A stretch of DNA of 64,000 bases, taken from an uncultured delta proteobacterium (lineage in GTDB: Bacteria > Desulfobacterota > Binatia > UBA9968). The translations under genes were made by a program, and so were the position numbers. Positions 53,170-62,842 of the stretch are shown in pieces (position 1 is the stretch's first letter; each line of letters opens with the position of its first letter). The notes beneath the pieces are model-generated. The model made no database searches, was not told where the DNA came from, and was given only the letters and a program-made list of their open reading frames with translations. The stretch spans positions 352,001 to 416,000 of the forward strand of contig CAWFJP010000014.1 in the NCBI GenBank assembly GCA_963816145.1. The letters are read 5' to 3'.

Positions 53170-56100
53170 ATGGCGGGAGAAAAACTGGCGGATGTGGACT
53201 TGGGAGGCACCCAGAGCGGCTGGCCCGAATCGGCGCATGTCGCGTACTTTTGGAACACCGCAGAAGAATTCTCTGACGGCGTCACGTTTCTTGAAGTCGG
53301 CCTGCGTGGCGCAGATCACGGCGTAATCTTCGGCCACGACGATGCTAACCGTGAGGTTTGCCGGATCCTCGAAAGTCGCGGTTTGGATCTCACCCAGCTC
53401 GCTGCCGATGGTCGGCTAACGATTTTGCGCGGCCACCCCGATGTCGACCAGATGCTCGATGAGATCGGTCAAGCCTTCGAGCGCGCACTTGCGGGCGGTG
53501 CCAGCCTGGTTCGGCTGTTGGGCAATATCGGCTGGAGCCACGCTGATTGGCCCGATGAACAGGCTTTGCTCAGGTTCGAAGCACGAGTCACCGACGCAGC
53601 GAAACAGTTTCCCTGCGTGGTGGTCTGCATGTATGACGTCGCGGGTCTGCCGGGGACCATCGTCCATCATGGCGGGCTCGGCACCCATCCGCATGTACTT
53701 CGTAACGGTCATCCGCAGAACAACCCGCAATATCTTCCGCTGGATATTTTCTTGCGCCGAATTGAAACTCTGGCTGGCGCCATCGGCGAGCGCCGGCGCC
53801 ACGACGAGACGCTGCACCATATTACCGAAGGCACGGTGCAGTTCATCGGCGACGAATTTTTTCGCCAGTTGGCGCGCCATTTGGCTGACGCACTGCATGT
53901 CCGTTATTGTTTCGTCGCCGAATGCACCGACGACTCGCAAACGCGGCTGCGCGCGCTGGCGTTCTGGGACGGTCAAGGGTTCGCGCAAAACGTCGAGTAT
54001 CCGATACGCGGCACTCCCTGCGAAAAAGTCATCGAGGGCAACATCTGTTCCTATCCGGATCGGATTCAACAACTCTTTCCGGAGGACCAAGATCTGGTCA
54101 CCCTCGGCGCCGAAAGCTACGCCGGCGTGCCGTTGCCGAACTCACAGGGAAAGGTGCTTGGCCACTTGGTGGTGATGGACAACCGGCCGCGCCACTTCGA
54201 CGAAAATGAGCTGCGCGTATTGCGTATCTTCGCCAACCGCGCCGGCATCGAACTCGAAAGGTTGCGCGCCGATCGCAAGGTCAGCCAGCTCAATGGCGAA
54301 CTGACCGCGCTGCTCGAAATCAACCGCGCCATCGGCCGCCAACTGGAGCGCGAGCATTTATTTGGCGCGCTGTCCGATTGCTTGAAAAGCGTCGTGCCGA
54401 CCGAACGATTCGGCATCGAAATTCCGCTCGACGGTAACCGCCTCGAAGGGCATATTCTTTCCAATGGCGCGTCGATCGGCGCGCCCACCGAGCCGACGAT
54501 TTTGCCGGCTGCCGGAACCGCGTGTGATTGGGTGCTGCAAACGCATCAATGGTTTATCGCCGGCAGTCGCGACGAGTTTCGCGACCGCTTTCCGGTCACC
54601 TACAGGGTCATGAGCGAGCAAGGCATGGAATCGCTGTGCGCCGTCGCCTTGGTCAGCGGCGGGCGCAACCGTGGCGCGCTGTTTTTCATGGCGTCTGTCA
54701 AGGATGCCTATCGCGATTTGCGCCGTAACTTCATCGAACAGGTCGCCAATCAAATCGCCCTCGCCATCGAAAACGTCAACTCCTACGAAGAAATCGCGGC
54801 ACTCAATCAAAAGATCGCGGCGACCGCAGCGCGCCGGCAAACTCTGCTCGAAGTCAACAATGCGATTGTCACCAAGCTGACCAGGGAGGAGCTTTTGGCG
54901 GTGGCCTGCGACGCTCTTAGCAAGGTGATCTGGTTCGACCGGCTGGCGCTTTCCCTCTACGATCCCGCCATCGAATCTCTGCGGATTGTCGCTTGCGCCG
55001 GTCCTTATCAGCGGCAGGACTATTCGCCGATCGGACGTCAGCTGAAGCTTGACGATAGTCCGGCGGGGCAAGCGTTTCAGAGCCAGCGGCCGATACTGTG
55101 CGGCGATCTTGAAACCGAGCGCCGGACCGCCTCCGAGGAGCGCGCTTACGGCCACGGCTTCCGCTCCATCTGTGTCCTGCCCTTGGTTGTTCATGGCAGA
55201 TCTCTCGGGGCGATCACCGTCGGCAGCCTGACCCGTTGCCAATATTCCGCAGCCGACGCCGAGTTTCTCATGGAGGTGGCTAATCAGATCGCCATCGCGG
55301 TTGAGAATATGCAGCTGCACGAAGAGACCGCCGCTTTGAAAGCACGCTTCGAAGCCGAGACGGTTTACTTGCAGGAAGAGATCAAGACCGAACACAATTT
55401 CGAAGAGATCATCGGCCAGAGCGAAAAGGTGCGCGAGCTGCTGCGCAAGGTCGAACAGGTCGCGCCCACCGACGCTTCGGTTTTGATCTGCGGCGAGACC
55501 GGCACCGGCAAGGAGTTGTTGGCGCGCGCGGTGCACGATCGCAGCAAGCGCAAAGATCGCGCCTTGGTGAAGGTGAACTGCGGCTCGATTCCGTCCGGCT
55601 TGGTCGAAAGCGAGCTGTTCGGCCACGAAAAGGGCGCCTTTACCGGTGCCATGCAGCAACGCATCGGCCGCTTCGAGCTCGCCCACGGCGGCACGATCTT
55701 TCTCGACGAAGTCACCGAGCTGCCGCTCGATACTCAAGTGAAACTCTTGAGAGTGTTGCAAGAAGGGGAGTTCGAGCGGGTCGGCAGCAGCAAGACGATG
55801 AAAGTCGACGTGCGCGTGATCGCCGCGACGAACCGCGATCTGAACCAGGTAGTCAGCAAGGGCAGTTTCCGCGCCGACTTGTATTATCGTCTTAATGTTT
55901 TTCCGCTCGAATCGCCGGCGCTGCGCGATCGCAAGGACGACCTTCCCTTGTTGGTGAGTTTTTTCTTGAGCCGTTTCGGCAAGAAACTCGGCAAAGAGGT
56001 GCGCGGCGTGGCGCAAAAATCGATGGAGAGTCTAGTTCGCTACAACTGGCCAGGCAACATTCGCGAACTGCAAAACGTCGTCGAACGCGCGGTGGTGCTG

Positions 56101-56337
56101 GCCCGCGGCCCGGTGGTGCAAGTGGACGAATCGATGCTGCGCAGCGACTCGGCCGCGGCGGCGGAAGTTTCGGCCATCGATACGTTGGAAAATAACGAGC
56201 GCAATCATATCCTGCACGCTCTGGCTGAAACTAATTGGGTGATCCATGGCAAAAAAGGCGCGGCAGAGCTGCTTGGCATCAATCCCAGCACGTTGCGCTC
56301 GCGCATGGATAAACTTGGCATCAAGCGGCAGGCGTGA
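53170..56337 (+). CDS. Sigma54-dependent activator (FhlA-like): MEDS + 3 GAF + AAA+ + Fis HTH
   Basis: N-terminal HVAYFW...CMYDV...THP (MEDS-like); GETGTGKE, GAFTGA, RADLYYRL, WPGNIRELQN, GAAELLGINPSTL. Confidence 0.92.
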   Translation: MAGEKLADVDLGGTQSGWPESAHVAYFWNTAEEFSDGVTFLEVGLRGADHGVIFGHDDANREVCRILESRGLDLTQLAADGRLTILRGHPDVDQMLDEIGQAFERALAGGASLVRLLGNIGWSHADWPDEQALLRFEARVTDAAKQFPCVVVCMYDVAGLPGTIVHHGGLGTHPHVLRNGHPQNNPQYLPLDIFLRRIETLAGAIGERRRHDETLHHITEGTVQFIGDEFFRQLARHLADALHVRYCFVAECTDDSQTRLRALAFWDGQGFAQNVEYPIRGTPCEKVIEGNICSYPDRIQQLFPEDQDLVTLGAESYAGVPLPNSQGKVLGHLVVMDNRPRHFDENELRVLRIFANRAGIELERLRADRKVSQLNGELTALLEINRAIGRQLEREHLFGALSDCLKSVVPTERFGIEIPLDGNRLEGHILSNGASIGAPTEPTILPAAGTACDWVLQTHQWFIAGSRDEFRDRFPVTYRVMSEQGMESLCAVALVSGGRNRGALFFMASVKDAYRDLRRNFIEQVANQIALAIENVNSYEEIAALNQKIAATAARRQTLLEVNNAIVTKLTREELLAVACDALSKVIWFDRLALSLYDPAIESLRIVACAGPYQRQDYSPIGRQLKLDDSPAGQAFQSQRPILCGDLETERRTASEERAYGHGFRSICVLPLVVHGRSLGAITVGSLTRCQYSAADAEFLMEVANQIAIAVENMQLHEETAALKARFEAETVYLQEEIKTEHNFEEIIGQSEKVRELLRKVEQVAPTDASVLICGETGTGKELLARAVHDRSKRKDRALVKVNCGSIPSGLVESELFGHEKGAFTGAMQQRIGRFELAHGGTIFLDEVTELPLDTQVKLLRVLQEGEFERVGSSKTMKVDVRVIAATNRDLNQVVSKGSFRADLYYRLNVFPLESPALRDRKDDLPLLVSFFLSRFGKKLGKEVRGVAQKSMESLVRYNWPGNIRELQNVVERAVVLARGPVVQVDESMLRSDSAAAAEVSAIDTLENNERNHILHALAETNWVIHGKKGAAELLGINPSTLRSRMDKLGIKRQA

Positions 56338-56367
56338 AATGCGTCTCTGTTCCAATTGTTCAAAGGT

Positions 56368-57042
56368 TCAAGTTCCAACGCTTCGGATCCTGGCACTTCG
56401 TGCCAACTCGTCTATGGAACGTTTTGAACGACTGGAACGATTGGAAGCTTTGGAACTTCCTAACGATAGTGATGCCCAGCTTGGCGACCAGACCGATAGC
56501 CCAACAGAAGCAGCCAGCACCGCGCCGTACTGAACCGGGCGGCGGATATCGGCTTTGACCAACCAATAGAAGTGCACCACGCCTAACATTGCGATCCCAT
56601 AGACGAGATAGTGGAGTTGTTGCCAGCGTTTGCCGAGGCGCCGGATCATCGCCGCGTTCGAAGTCAGCGCCAGCGGGATCATCAACACCAGCGCGCTGAA
56701 GCCGACCGTGATATAGGGCCGCTTCAAGATATCTTTGCCGATGGCGGAGAAATCGAAAAACAGATCGAGCACCATGTAGGTGGCGAAGTGGAGGGCGGCA
56801 TAGAAAAAAGCGAACAAGCCGAGCATGCGGCGTAATTTTATCAGCTCGTTCCAGCCAGTGAGCTTCCGTAGCGGCGTGACCGCCAAGCTTGAGAGTAAAA
56901 TTAGCAATGCATAGGAGCCGGTGAAGCGGGTGATGTACTCGATCGGGTTGGCGGTCAGATTGTCGCTGTAATAATTAAAGACAAGCTGGCCTAATGGAAT
57001 AAGACAGATCAGAAAGGCGGCGGATTTGACCAGGCGAAACAT
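56368..57042 (-). CDS. msrQ: Methionine sulfoxide reductase heme subunit MsrQ (3' frameshift, end uncertain)
   Basis: LAVTPLR, RRMLGLFAFFY..LHF, KRPYITVG, WQQLHYLVY. Confidence 0.9.
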   Translation of the reverse strand: MFRLVKSAAFLICLIPLGQLVFNYYSDNLTANPIEYITRFTGSYALLILLSSLAVTPLRKLTGWNELIKLRRMLGLFAFFYAALHFATYMVLDLFFDFSAIGKDILKRPYITVGFSALVLMIPLALTSNAAMIRRLGKRWQQLHYLVYGIAMLGVVHFYWLVKADIRRPVQYGAVLAASVGLSVWSPSWASLSLGSSKASNRSSRSKRSIDELARSARIRSVGT

Positions 57043-57161
57043 CGGAGTAATGGATAATTGATAATGGAGAATGGAAAATTAGAAGAGTTGCTGCCTCAGT
57101 CGAGTACGGTTTCGATCCCTTCCGGACATTATCAATTCTCAATTATCCATTCTCCATTGTT

Positions 57162-58124
57162 TCAGTAATATTTTTTCAGGTCCATGCCGCTGTACAAGCT
57201 TGCGACTTGGTCGCCATAGCCGTTGAACATCAGGGTTTTGCGCCGGCGGAATTCGCCGATGCGCCGTTCAGTGGCCTGGGTCCAGCGCGGGTGATCGACT
57301 TCGGGATTGACATTGGAGTAGAAGCCGTACTCTTGCGGCTGCATCATGTTCCACGACGCGGCTGGCTGCTTTTCGACGAAGCGGACTTTGACGATCGACT
57401 TGATGCTCTTGAAGCCATATTTCCAGGGTACGACGATGCGGATCGGCGCGCCGTTCTGGGCCGGCAGGACCTCACCGTAAAGACCGACCGAGAGAATCGT
57501 CAGAGGATGCATCGCCTCGTCCATGCGCAATCCTTCGACATAGGGCCATTCCAAGGTCGCAAGTTTTTGACCAGGCAGCCGTTTGGGATCGTTGAGGGTG
57601 ACGAACTGGATGAACTTGGCGTTGCCGGTGGGCTCGGCCTGCTTGATCAGCGAACTGAGCGGAAAGCCTATCCACGGAATCACCATCGACCAGGCTTCGA
57701 CGCAACGCAGGCGGTAGATTCGTTCTTCCAGCGGCGCTAATTTAGTCAGTTCTTCGATGTCATAGGTTTTGACTTTCTTGACTTCGCCCTCGACTGCGAC
57801 TGTCCATGGACGAGTGGTGAGATACTTGGCGTTGGCTGCCGGATCTTCTTTGTCCGGGCCAAGTTCATAGAAATTATTGTAGTTGGTGATTTCTTTCAGC
57901 GTGTTCAGTTTTTCGTTGGTGCTGAACGAACTCTTCTTGACGTTGGCAAGTTTCTCGGCGCCGTACGCCGAGGCGAAATCCTTGCCGGGCTCGATGCCGC
58001 TGAGAATCGCGCCAGCGCCTAGCGCCATGGCGGACGCCGAAAGCATGAACTGCCGGCGGTTCAGGTAGTGCTCTTTGGGGGTGATCTCCGCCGACTTGAT
58101 GTCGGCAGGCTTTTTAATAAGCAT
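57162..58124 (-). CDS. msrP: Methionine sulfoxide reductase molybdo-subunit MsrP
   Basis: Tat [42 protein letters not shown]. Confidence 0.96.
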   Translation of the reverse strand: MLIKKPADIKSAEITPKEHYLNRRQFMLSASAMALGAGAILSGIEPGKDFASAYGAEKLANVKKSSFSTNEKLNTLKEITNYNNFYELGPDKEDPAANAKYLTTRPWTVAVEGEVKKVKTYDIEELTKLAPLEERIYRLRCVEAWSMVIPWIGFPLSSLIKQAEPTGNAKFIQFVTLNDPKRLPGQKLATLEWPYVEGLRMDEAMHPLTILSVGLYGEVLPAQNGAPIRIVVPWKYGFKSIKSIVKVRFVEKQPAASWNMMQPQEYGFYSNVNPEVDHPRWTQATERRIGEFRRRKTLMFNGYGDQVASLYSGMDLKKYY

Positions 58125-58155
58125 GGATTCTTCTCCTCGGTATTCGCGTGCGCCG

Positions 58156-58677
58156 CTATTCAGCGATCAGTTGTTTGATCGTCGCTTCGGTTACGCTGTA
58201 GGCGCCTTCGCCAATATGGCTGTAACGAATTACGCCCTTTTTGTCGACCAGCACGATGGTTGGCCAAGCCCAGACGCCGTAGCGGTGCCAAATGTCAAAG
58301 TTGTTGTCTTGCACCACTGGGAACTTGATACCGAGACGCGCGGTCGCTTCCTTCACTTTGGCCAAGGGTTTTTCCCAGGGAAATTCCGGCGAATGGACGC
58401 CGACGATGGTCAACCCGGCTTGTTCAAACTTATCATGCCAACCCCGCAACTGCGAGATGATGTTTCTACAGTTGATTCAGCCATAGGTCCAAAACTCGAC
58501 CAAAATCACCCGGCCTTTGAGGCCTGTGATGTTGAGAGGTTTGCTGTTGATCCAGTTTTCGCCGGCGAGCTCGGGCGCAGGTGTACCGTTGGTGAGCGCC
58601 GTGCCGGCGCGCGGCCAAGCCGCCCAAAGCGCCAAGGCGAGAACGAGAGCCGTTGAAAAAGCTGCCAGACGTACCAT
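58156..58677 (-). CDS. Exported thioredoxin-like redoxin (DipZ/TlpA type) with UxxC, probable selenoprotein
   Basis: WINSKPL...[11 protein letters not shown](58477-58479)-INCRN...GVHSPEF...AWPT...HIGEGAY in one frame. Confidence 0.85.
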
Positions 58678-58743
58678 GATTTTGCCAGTTCTCTTTGCCC
58701 CGCCTGGCCGGATGAATCGCCGTGCCAAGCTATCGTTGTACGA

Positions 58744-58772
58744 TTAGATGACACCCAGCCAGTCCGGGTTGC
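58744..58772 (-). promoter_or_regulatory. Putative ECF promoter GCAACC-N16-CATCTAA upstream of trx-msrPQ
   Basis: Recurrent motif, 66 nt before ATG. Confidence 0.72.
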
Positions 58773-58894
58773 AAGATTTTCTTGATTGCTTTTAGAACGT
58801 TAACTTACCTGGCAAAGTTCCCCGGCGGCGGAATCGCAGTGGTCTAAAATGCGCGGCCGGAGCCCCTGTGGGCCCCGGCGCGCTTGGCGGGCGG

Positions 58895-59107
58895 TTAGTG
58901 GATGAGTTGCGAGGGGGACGAGAGATTTTCTAATTCTTCAGTTAAGTCGGTCGGATGGGCGCTCTTCTTGATCATTTCCATTAGCGCCAACTGCGCCAGT
59001 TTGTAGGCATCCTTGTCGTTGTCGGTACATGCGAACGCAACTTCGCTGGCGGCGGCGATCAAATCTCCCAGGGTGGTGTCGATTCTTCGGCTGTTGGATT
59101 TTTCCAT
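58895..59107 (-). CDS. Hypothetical small protein (70 aa, IDTTLGDLIAA motif)
   Basis: ATG at 59107 with AAGGA RBS; preceded by motif. Confidence 0.7.
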   Translation of the reverse strand: MEKSNSRRIDTTLGDLIAAASEVAFACTDNDKDAYKLAQLALMEMIKKSAHPTDLTEELENLSSPSQLIH

Positions 59108-59138
59108 ATTCTCGCGGGTCCTTTCTTCCCTTGCTTGT

Positions 59139-59166
59139 TTAGACGATGGCGGGGAAAAAAGGATGT
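59139..59166 (-). promoter_or_regulatory. Putative ECF promoter ACATCC-N15-CGTCTAA (spacer contains homopolymer runs)
   Basis: Weaker match; the 1-nt shorter spacer may be a homopolymer error. Confidence 0.45.
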
Positions 59167-59238
59167 AGTGTGAAATTGTGGCCAGCGGCCATAATGGCCG
59201 TGACTCCAGCAGCATTGATCCTTGTGAGGTGAAAGCCA

Positions 59239-59321
59239 GTCATGCCGGTGGAAACCGGCATCCATTTGAATCTCCAGTTCTCGGCACAATCGCCTGGATT
59301 CCGGCCTACGCCGGAATGACG
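59239..59321. repeat. REP doublet copy 6
   Basis: GTCATGCCGGTGGAAACCGGCATCC...TGGATTCCGGCCTACGCCGGAATGACG. Confidence 0.8.
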
Positions 59322-59420
59322 GATCGGAGGATGCGCCTATCAGACAAACTCATGACCCGCCGGTTTGGCGCCGCCGGTTGTTAAGTTCGGTTGAATCGAC
59401 AATCACTTAGTCATGGCAAA

Positions 59421-60182
59421 TTAATCATCTCCTGGTTGTTCAATCTCAGCCTCTTCAGCCTTCCTGGCCGGGGGAGCCTTTTGGGCATTTTGATTTTCGC
59501 TCTGACTCAGGTAGCCGACGCTGGCGAGGCGATTCAATATTAGATTGCGCCGGGCGGCCAGACCGCGTTCTTTAGAATTGCGCGGGCTGGGCAGCAGGGC
59601 GGCCAATGTCGCCGCTTCCACCAGGTCGACGTCAGCGGCGGACTTGCCGAAGTAGCGCTGCGCCGCCGCTTCGACGCCGTAGATGTTGCGGCCCAACTCG
59701 ACGACGTTCAAGTAAATCTCAAAGATGCGTTGTTTGGACAGGGCATTTTCCAGCTGGTGGGCAATGACGATTTCCTTCAATTTACGCAGTGGGTTTTTCG
59801 ACGGGTTGAGATAAAGGTTCTTGGCGAGCTGCATGGTGAGGGTGCTGCCGCCGCGGCTGAAGCTCAGAGTCTCGAGGTCTTTTTTGAGCGCGGCTTTAAG
59901 CTCGGTCATGTCGACGCCCTTATGGCTGAAGAATGCCGCGTCCTCGCTGACCAGGATGGCCTTTTTGATATGCTCCGACACGGCGCCGTAGGACACCCAG
60001 GTTTGCCGGCGCGGACCGCGGATGTTGTGCTTTTTATATTCGCGCTCGCGCAATTCTATCAGCGCTGTAGTCGCGGGGTTCTTCTGCTTGAGCACTGCAA
60101 CATCGGGCAAGGAGAAGTAGAAATAATAGCCGGCGCTGACCAGCAAAGTCGCAAGCAGGGTGCTAAGCAGGAGTCTTTTCAT
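59421..60182 (-). CDS. mtgA: Monofunctional peptidoglycan transglycosylase
   Basis: SEDAAFFSHKGVD, GGSTLTMQLAKNLY, RKLKE, IYLNVVE. Confidence 0.92.
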   Translation of the reverse strand: MKRLLLSTLLATLLVSAGYYFYFSLPDVAVLKQKNPATTALIELREREYKKHNIRGPRRQTWVSYGAVSEHIKKAILVSEDAAFFSHKGVDMTELKAALKKDLETLSFSRGGSTLTMQLAKNLYLNPSKNPLRKLKEIVIAHQLENALSKQRIFEIYLNVVELGRNIYGVEAAAQRYFGKSAADVDLVEAATLAALLPSPRNSKERGLAARRNLILNRLASVGYLSQSENQNAQKAPPARKAEEAEIEQPGDD

Positions 60183-61227
60183 AATCGATAAATAGCTTGA
60201 CGGCTTTGCTGGTCAGCGCCGAAGTCGCGTAGTGATGCAGCTGGGTTGGGACGATCCAACGCCACTCGGGCTTGTCTTGGGGCACGGGTGTGTTCACCGG
60301 CCAGCGATATAGTAACACCGGCGCATGGATGCGCCGGTTGGTGATGCTATGGCGCAGCTCGCCCAAACACTGCGCCTCCAGGCCCGTGACTGAAAGCGGT
60401 CTTAGTTCTTTCTTGATGACTGCTTCAGGCTTTGCCGTCGGTTCAATTTCAGCACCCGGCAGTTCCCATAATTTAGCGAGCAAGCCATCGGCTTGACGGC
60501 GTCGCAGGAGGATTTTGCCCCGATAGTTGACGATGGCGAGCGGCCAGGTGACCTCGCGAAAAGTTACTTTCGCCCGTGGCGCTTTCGCGAGACGCTGGCC
60601 CGGTTGGCTTCGGCTCCGGCAATGGGCGGCCACCGGGCAGTTGTCGCAGTCGGGCTCGCTGGGCGTGCAAACCGTTGCGCCAAGTTCCATCAAGGCTTGG
60701 TTGAGATTTCCTGGTTGCGAGGTTTTCGCTAGTTTAGCGGCGTAGGTGTGAATCTCCTGGTTCGATTTTGTCACAACCAGTCGGCCAACCACGCGGCGCA
60801 CGTTGCCGTCGATGGCGGGATATTTTTCGCCGAAGGCGATGCTCAGCAGCGCGCCGGCGGTGTAGTCGCCGATGCCGGGGAGGGCGCGCAGTCGTGCATA
60901 GTCACGCGGCACGATGCCGTCATACTGCCGAACAATCTGGCGCGCGGCCTTGTGCAAATTCTCCGCGCGCCGGTAGTAGCCGAGCCCGGACCACGAGCGC
61001 AGAACTCTTGGCAATGGCGCGCGGGCGAGCGACTGCACGGTCGGAAACGCCGTCATGAAGCGGCCGTAGTAGGGCAGGACGGTTTTGACTTGAGTTTGTT
61101 GCAGCATGGTCTCCGAGATCCAGATGGCGTAGGGATCGCGCGAGCGGCGCCAGGGTAAATCGCGCCGGCTTTGCCGGTACCAGTTGAGCAGCCGGCGCCG
61201 CATGAGAGAAAGATTCGCTTCAATCAT
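60163..61227 (-). CDS. mutY: A/G-specific adenine glycosylase
   Basis: SETMLQQTQV, GLGYYRRA, LPGIGDYTA, DGNVRRV, CxxxxxxCxxCxxxxxC. Confidence 0.95.
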   Translation of the reverse strand: MIEANLSLMRRRLLNWYRQSRRDLPWRRSRDPYAIWISETMLQQTQVKTVLPYYGRFMTAFPTVQSLARAPLPRVLRSWSGLGYYRRAENLHKAARQIVRQYDGIVPRDYARLRALPGIGDYTAGALLSIAFGEKYPAIDGNVRRVVGRLVVTKSNQEIHTYAAKLAKTSQPGNLNQALMELGATVCTPSEPDCDNCPVAAHCRSRSQPGQRLAKAPRAKVTFREVTWPLAIVNYRGKILLRRRQADGLLAKLWELPGAEIEPTAKPEAVIKKELRPLSVTGLEAQCLGELRHSITNRRIHAPVLLYRWPVNTPVPQDKPEWRWIVPTQLHHYATSALTSKAVKLFIDYEKTPA

Positions 61228-61286
61228 GAATGCAGTGGGGCGGGTTTTCAGTTATGGTTAATGCAGGTTTCCTGTTAAGAAGAATT

Positions 61287-61371
61287 CACCGCCGAGACAC
61301 GGAGCGCGCAGAGTTCGAAGAATTTCTTAATCAAAAATTCTTTACTCCGCGTTCTCCGCGTCCCGGCGGTG
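61287..61371. repeat. Inverted repeat element (CACCGCCGAGACACGGAG type); related half at 6409-6436
   Basis: Imperfect hairpin of 9-bp-period arms. Confidence 0.6.
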
Positions 61372-61466
61372 CAAATTCCGAAATCTGTTTCACGGGAACT
61401 CCAGAAGCGCTTCAATTATGAGGCACTTTAAATGAAATCTACTTTGAAGGGAACTCGCTGCGCGCC

Positions 61467-62333
61467 GTGCTGCCAATCTTATTCGGACTGTTGACCTCGG
61501 TTTGCTTTGCGGTGGCGAGTCTTTTGGCGCAGCGCGGCTACCATCTAGGGCCGGCGCCCTGGGGCGCGTGGATCACCATCGTTGCCAACGCCGCGTTCCT
61601 CTTGGCCGGCCATCTCCTTCTCGAAGGCGAGACCCGTCTGTTCGTCGTCGACAATCTCATATTTATCGCTGTTGGTTTGTTCGTTCCTGGCGTCACGCGG
61701 GTTTTGAGTTTTCGTGGCATCCGTACCATGGGCAGCTCGATAACGTCGACCATCGTCAATACCACGCCGATGTTTTCGACGGTATTGGCGATTCTCATCC
61801 TCGGCGAGCGCCCGAGCGCGTTGGTACTTGGCGGCGTGCTTCTCACCGTCGGCGGGCTGATTACGGTGTCCTGGGGCGGCGAGAAAACCTCGTATTCAAA
61901 GGTCGAGCTGGTATTTCCGTTTCTCTGCGCGTTGTTGTTCTCGATGAAAGATATTTCGGTGCGCTGGGGGTTGGGCGCCGGCGGGGCGCAGCCGATTCTC
62001 GCCGCCGCGATTGCGGCGCTGACTTCGACCGTCGAGATTTTTTTGATTACCCGCTACCTCCAGGGTCAGAAGTTCGCATTACCGCCTTTGCCGGTGCTGC
62101 GCTGGTTTGTCTGGTCGGGGATTTTTACCGGCGGCTCATTCTTGTTCATGTACGTCGCATTCAGCATGGAGCGCGTCTCGATTGTTGCGCCGCTAGTGAA
62201 CAGCTATACGGTCTTCGTCGCCGTCTTGACGCCGTTCATGGCGCGCCAGATCGAAAGCTTAACGCCGCGCAAATTGGCTGGTGCCGCATTGGTAGTTGCG
62301 GGGATTTTTGCCGTGTCGCTCGGCAGGAATTGA
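61467..62333 (+). CDS. DMT/EamA family transporter
   Basis: About 10 TM, AILILGERP, VSIVAPL. Confidence 0.88.
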   Translation: MLPILFGLLTSVCFAVASLLAQRGYHLGPAPWGAWITIVANAAFLLAGHLLLEGETRLFVVDNLIFIAVGLFVPGVTRVLSFRGIRTMGSSITSTIVNTTPMFSTVLAILILGERPSALVLGGVLLTVGGLITVSWGGEKTSYSKVELVFPFLCALLFSMKDISVRWGLGAGGAQPILAAAIAALTSTVEIFLITRYLQGQKFALPPLPVLRWFVWSGIFTGGSFLFMYVAFSMERVSIVAPLVNSYTVFVAVLTPFMARQIESLTPRKLAGAALVVAGIFAVSLGRN

Positions 62334-62406
62334 GAATGGATAATTGATAATGGAGAATTGTCGATCGAGTTTTGTGATCCGCTAACCTCGATCATCCATT
62401 TTCGAT

Positions 62407-62808
62407 TTATTTCCCGACACCACCGACGGTCAGCGATAAGACCGTATCCTTTTCTTGCTTGCTGATGCCGATGAGCACAGACTTGCCATCTTTGCTGTAG
62501 GCGAGCACGGCGCCGCCGCTGACCAGGTTCATGCTCTCCTGCCAGCCTCGGGCTGGCAATTCCTTTTTGTAAAACTCGACGAGCTTGGCGCTCTCCATGT
62601 TGCCATGAAAGCTCGCTTGGCCCGCGCCAAAACCGAAGATAGAGATTTCCACCGGCTTCTCTGCGTCTTTCTTCATGGCGCTCGGCACAGGCAGGATTGC
62701 GCCCGCGACGGTCTCATCGCGGGGGCCGGCGCAGGCGCTTGCCAGCATCAACAGCAGAAGCACAGCGAATGAAGAACCAGCGCGAACTGAGTTAAATGCC
62801 CCACGCAT
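62407..62808 (-). CDS. Hypothetical lipoprotein
   Basis: LASAC lipobox; FYKKELPARGW. Confidence 0.7.
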   Translation of the reverse strand: MRGAFNSVRAGSSFAVLLLLMLASACAGPRDETVAGAILPVPSAMKKDAEKPVEISIFGFGAGQASFHGNMESAKLVEFYKKELPARGWQESMNLVSGGAVLAYSKDGKSVLIGISKQEKDTVLSLTVGGVGK

Positions 62809-62842
62809 GGGATCTCCAAAGGAACCTTTGAGTACTGGCATC

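Noticed and set aside
58712-58728. TGGCACG sigma54-like box upstream of thioredoxin (similar at about 50945 and 51428)
   Set aside because: No GC at the -12 position.
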